64,000 nucleotides of DNA from Balanoglossus misakiensis (taxonomy: Eukaryota > Animalia > Hemichordata): positions 13,695,337 to 13,759,336 of the forward strand of contig CM082584.2 of assembly GCA_040954595.2 (NCBI GenBank), written 5' to 3'. Of this stretch, positions 61,701-64,000 are shown one piece after another. The position numbers and the translations under genes were made by a program. Each line of letters begins with the position of its first letter. The first letter of the stretch is position 1. Under the pieces are notes generated by a model. That model did no database searches and was not told the DNA's origin. It saw only the letters and a program-made list of their open reading frames with translations.

Positions 61701-64000
61701 CTTTCACACTTTTTTTCAGACAAGCAACCAAACAAGCAAGTAAACAAACTAACAAAACTTTTCATTGAGGGATAAACACAAAACTATGTTTTTTTATTGG
61801 TTCTTTATTATCTATAAACAAATAATTCATCCATATAATTGATACAGAAACACAGACAAAACACGTAAGAGCCAGGGCCCCCATGATCCATCCATTATGT
61901 TAAAATTTATTACGTCAGCAGTAGCTCACCCATTGCATTCTCATATTTCTGTGCCCCCCCCCCCCCCACAAAGCTCTTTGGGTCAGCGTATTTCCTGTGA
62001 GGGTGTGCACAGGTAGGCTTTGAGAGGGATCCGATATAGCGGACTCCCCTGTGGATAATTCAATCTGCTGTTTACAGTGATTAGACACAGATAAATTACC
62101 CTTAGGACGTGATAAAATCTTTCAAGAAAATAAAACACCCTTTTTTGACAGTAATTTTTATGATCTTTTCTATTTTTCTTGCAAGACATATTAAGCTTAA
62201 TGTTGGCTGTCAGATGACGTCTTTTGCGTTGTTGCCGAAGACGGGATATTATCTGTCACATCAAACGAATGAGAATTCTGAATGTGGTACTAGCGGTGTT
62301 AAATTATGATTAATAAGTTTCCCCTGCATTCATATTGACCGTAATTGTGATAGGTATAATGTTTGTGACATAATCAGCTTTGACAGTTGGTGATGATCGT
62401 GTTTACATGTGGGGATTGTTTAATATTTAATTTATCTGCATTAATGAATACATTATACGTGTGGGTCAAATAAACTTCTTCTCTTTATGGAAACTTTTGT
62501 AAACTCTTCGAAAAATTCTGATAAATGTATGAAGTATGTATAAGCAGTTTTGATTTAAAATATCAGTTGCAGACTTTTTCGTGGATTACCAACTTTATTT
62601 GTGAAGTAAACAATTCTTTTCGGTGGACTAAGATTTTTCATCAAAATTGATGTTTTATGGCGCATCATTTCATTTGTGACAAAAGATTTTTTTTTTCATG
62701 TGAGACGAATGGACAATGGTGAATTTGATTAGAGTCACCAAAAACACTATGCATCTTCTCCATGAATAATAAAAATCATGAATATTTTACGTTGAAATGT
62801 TCATCTATCTTGTGATTGCACGATATTGTTTATAAATAATAACTTTGTTTCTCGTCAATTTAGATAGACAGTCGAAACTACATCATCATATGATTTTGAA
62901 TTATTGAATAGTGGTAGGTTTTTCCACCTGTTTGGAAGATATTTTGATTTTATTAGTAATGTGATGCTGTGAAATGCACCCATTTTAATTTAAAGTTGCA
63001 TTTTCTTATTATTGTTTAACAAGCAAAAATGTGGAAAAAACACACTGAATAAATTCAATGAAAACCAACTGCAGGTGTCTGTAGACTCATTACAGACAGG
63101 TGTCCATTACGGCATCAGGGAAACCTAATTAAGATGTAATTTGCTTGATGATTGAAACAAAACACTTGTCTGATTAGACTGATCAGTGATACAACACGGA
63201 AGCCAGATAAAATGCCATGTTTATGTAATAACTATGTTTCATGTTTAATTTATCCTTGGAAAAAAACAAAATGAAATTCTTTACCATACCAAGATGGTTA
63301 TCATTCAGTATCTTAGGCGACCAAGATGATTATTTGCTGATTGAAGTGGGAATCATATTGCAGTCAAGCTGTTATGTTAGATTAGTAGCATACATGATTA
63401 CTAGAGGCCAATGATGCATTAAAAACTTTCAAATGGTTACATTTGATGTGTGAGCTAACAAAGCTTGCATTCATTGTAGCAATTAATAACGCCAGAAACA
63501 TCAATATTATGATTTTTATATATTCGCTTACTTAAAATACATTTAGGGGACGGGTGCTGATAAATTTGCAAAGATATGGGTCACTAGCACTTAACTGTGG
63601 GGGTTTCAACCTGATTTATTACCCCCACATTTTTGTAATTAAACAGAGTGACTGTAGTTTTATGGGGCTGAATATATCAGAGAACAAAGCCCAGATAGAA
63701 AGTCAGAAAGATGAGGAGAAGTTGGCCAGACGTGGATCCATCACCATCAGAACTTGAACCGTAAAATTGTACGACGCGCTATTAGCATTCGGAGGGATGC
63801 ATCTGGGAAAGTGACATGTGATGAGTTCAATTGTAAAGAAGCATTATTTAGAATGATAAATTGGATGAATGAAGTTTGTGTGACAGATTTATCAGACGGC
63901 GATAGTGGCTGCCATGCGAGGAGATAGTGAGTCCCCCCAAATGTTATCATCATCCAGCGCAAGCGCAACTGCGAAGTAAAATTGATGTGTTCGTCACTCT

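Noticed and set aside
32521-63968. Numerous 60-130 aa ORFs in the track
   Set aside because: No recognisable domains, many start at non-ATG codons, and no phase-consistent exon chain; expected by chance. Small coding exons on either strand cannot be fully excluded.

Overview
AT-rich, intron-rich animal genomic DNA. Repeat style and gene content suggest an invertebrate deuterostome such as a hemichordate or echinoderm (inference). I assembled two spliced + strand genes by hand from GT-AG boundaries with consistent phases. (1) 60-2303: a 5-exon CD225/dispanin (IFITM/PRRT-like) membrane protein of about 160 aa. (2) 4452-27979: a 36-exon, 1816-aa receptor protein tyrosine phosphatase. Its head is a Tie/angiopoietin-receptor-type ectodomain (Ig-Ig-EGFx4-Ig). 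This sits on an R2B (PTPmu/kappa)-like FN3 stalk with a furin site, followed by a TM helix, a Pro/Tyr-rich docking insert, tandem D1-D2 PTP domains and a PTPalpha-like YANF tail. This Tie-ectodomain phosphatase is the main finding. From about 32 kb onward I found no coding sequence: two candidate first exons, one strong non-coding internal exon at 58.6 kb, and long intron-like DNA, probably the 5' part of a large gene extending beyond the window. Several non-autonomous DNA transposons and three tiny P-element-like footprints with 7-bp TSDs are also visible. Comparisons to human proteins are from memory, not from alignments I ran.
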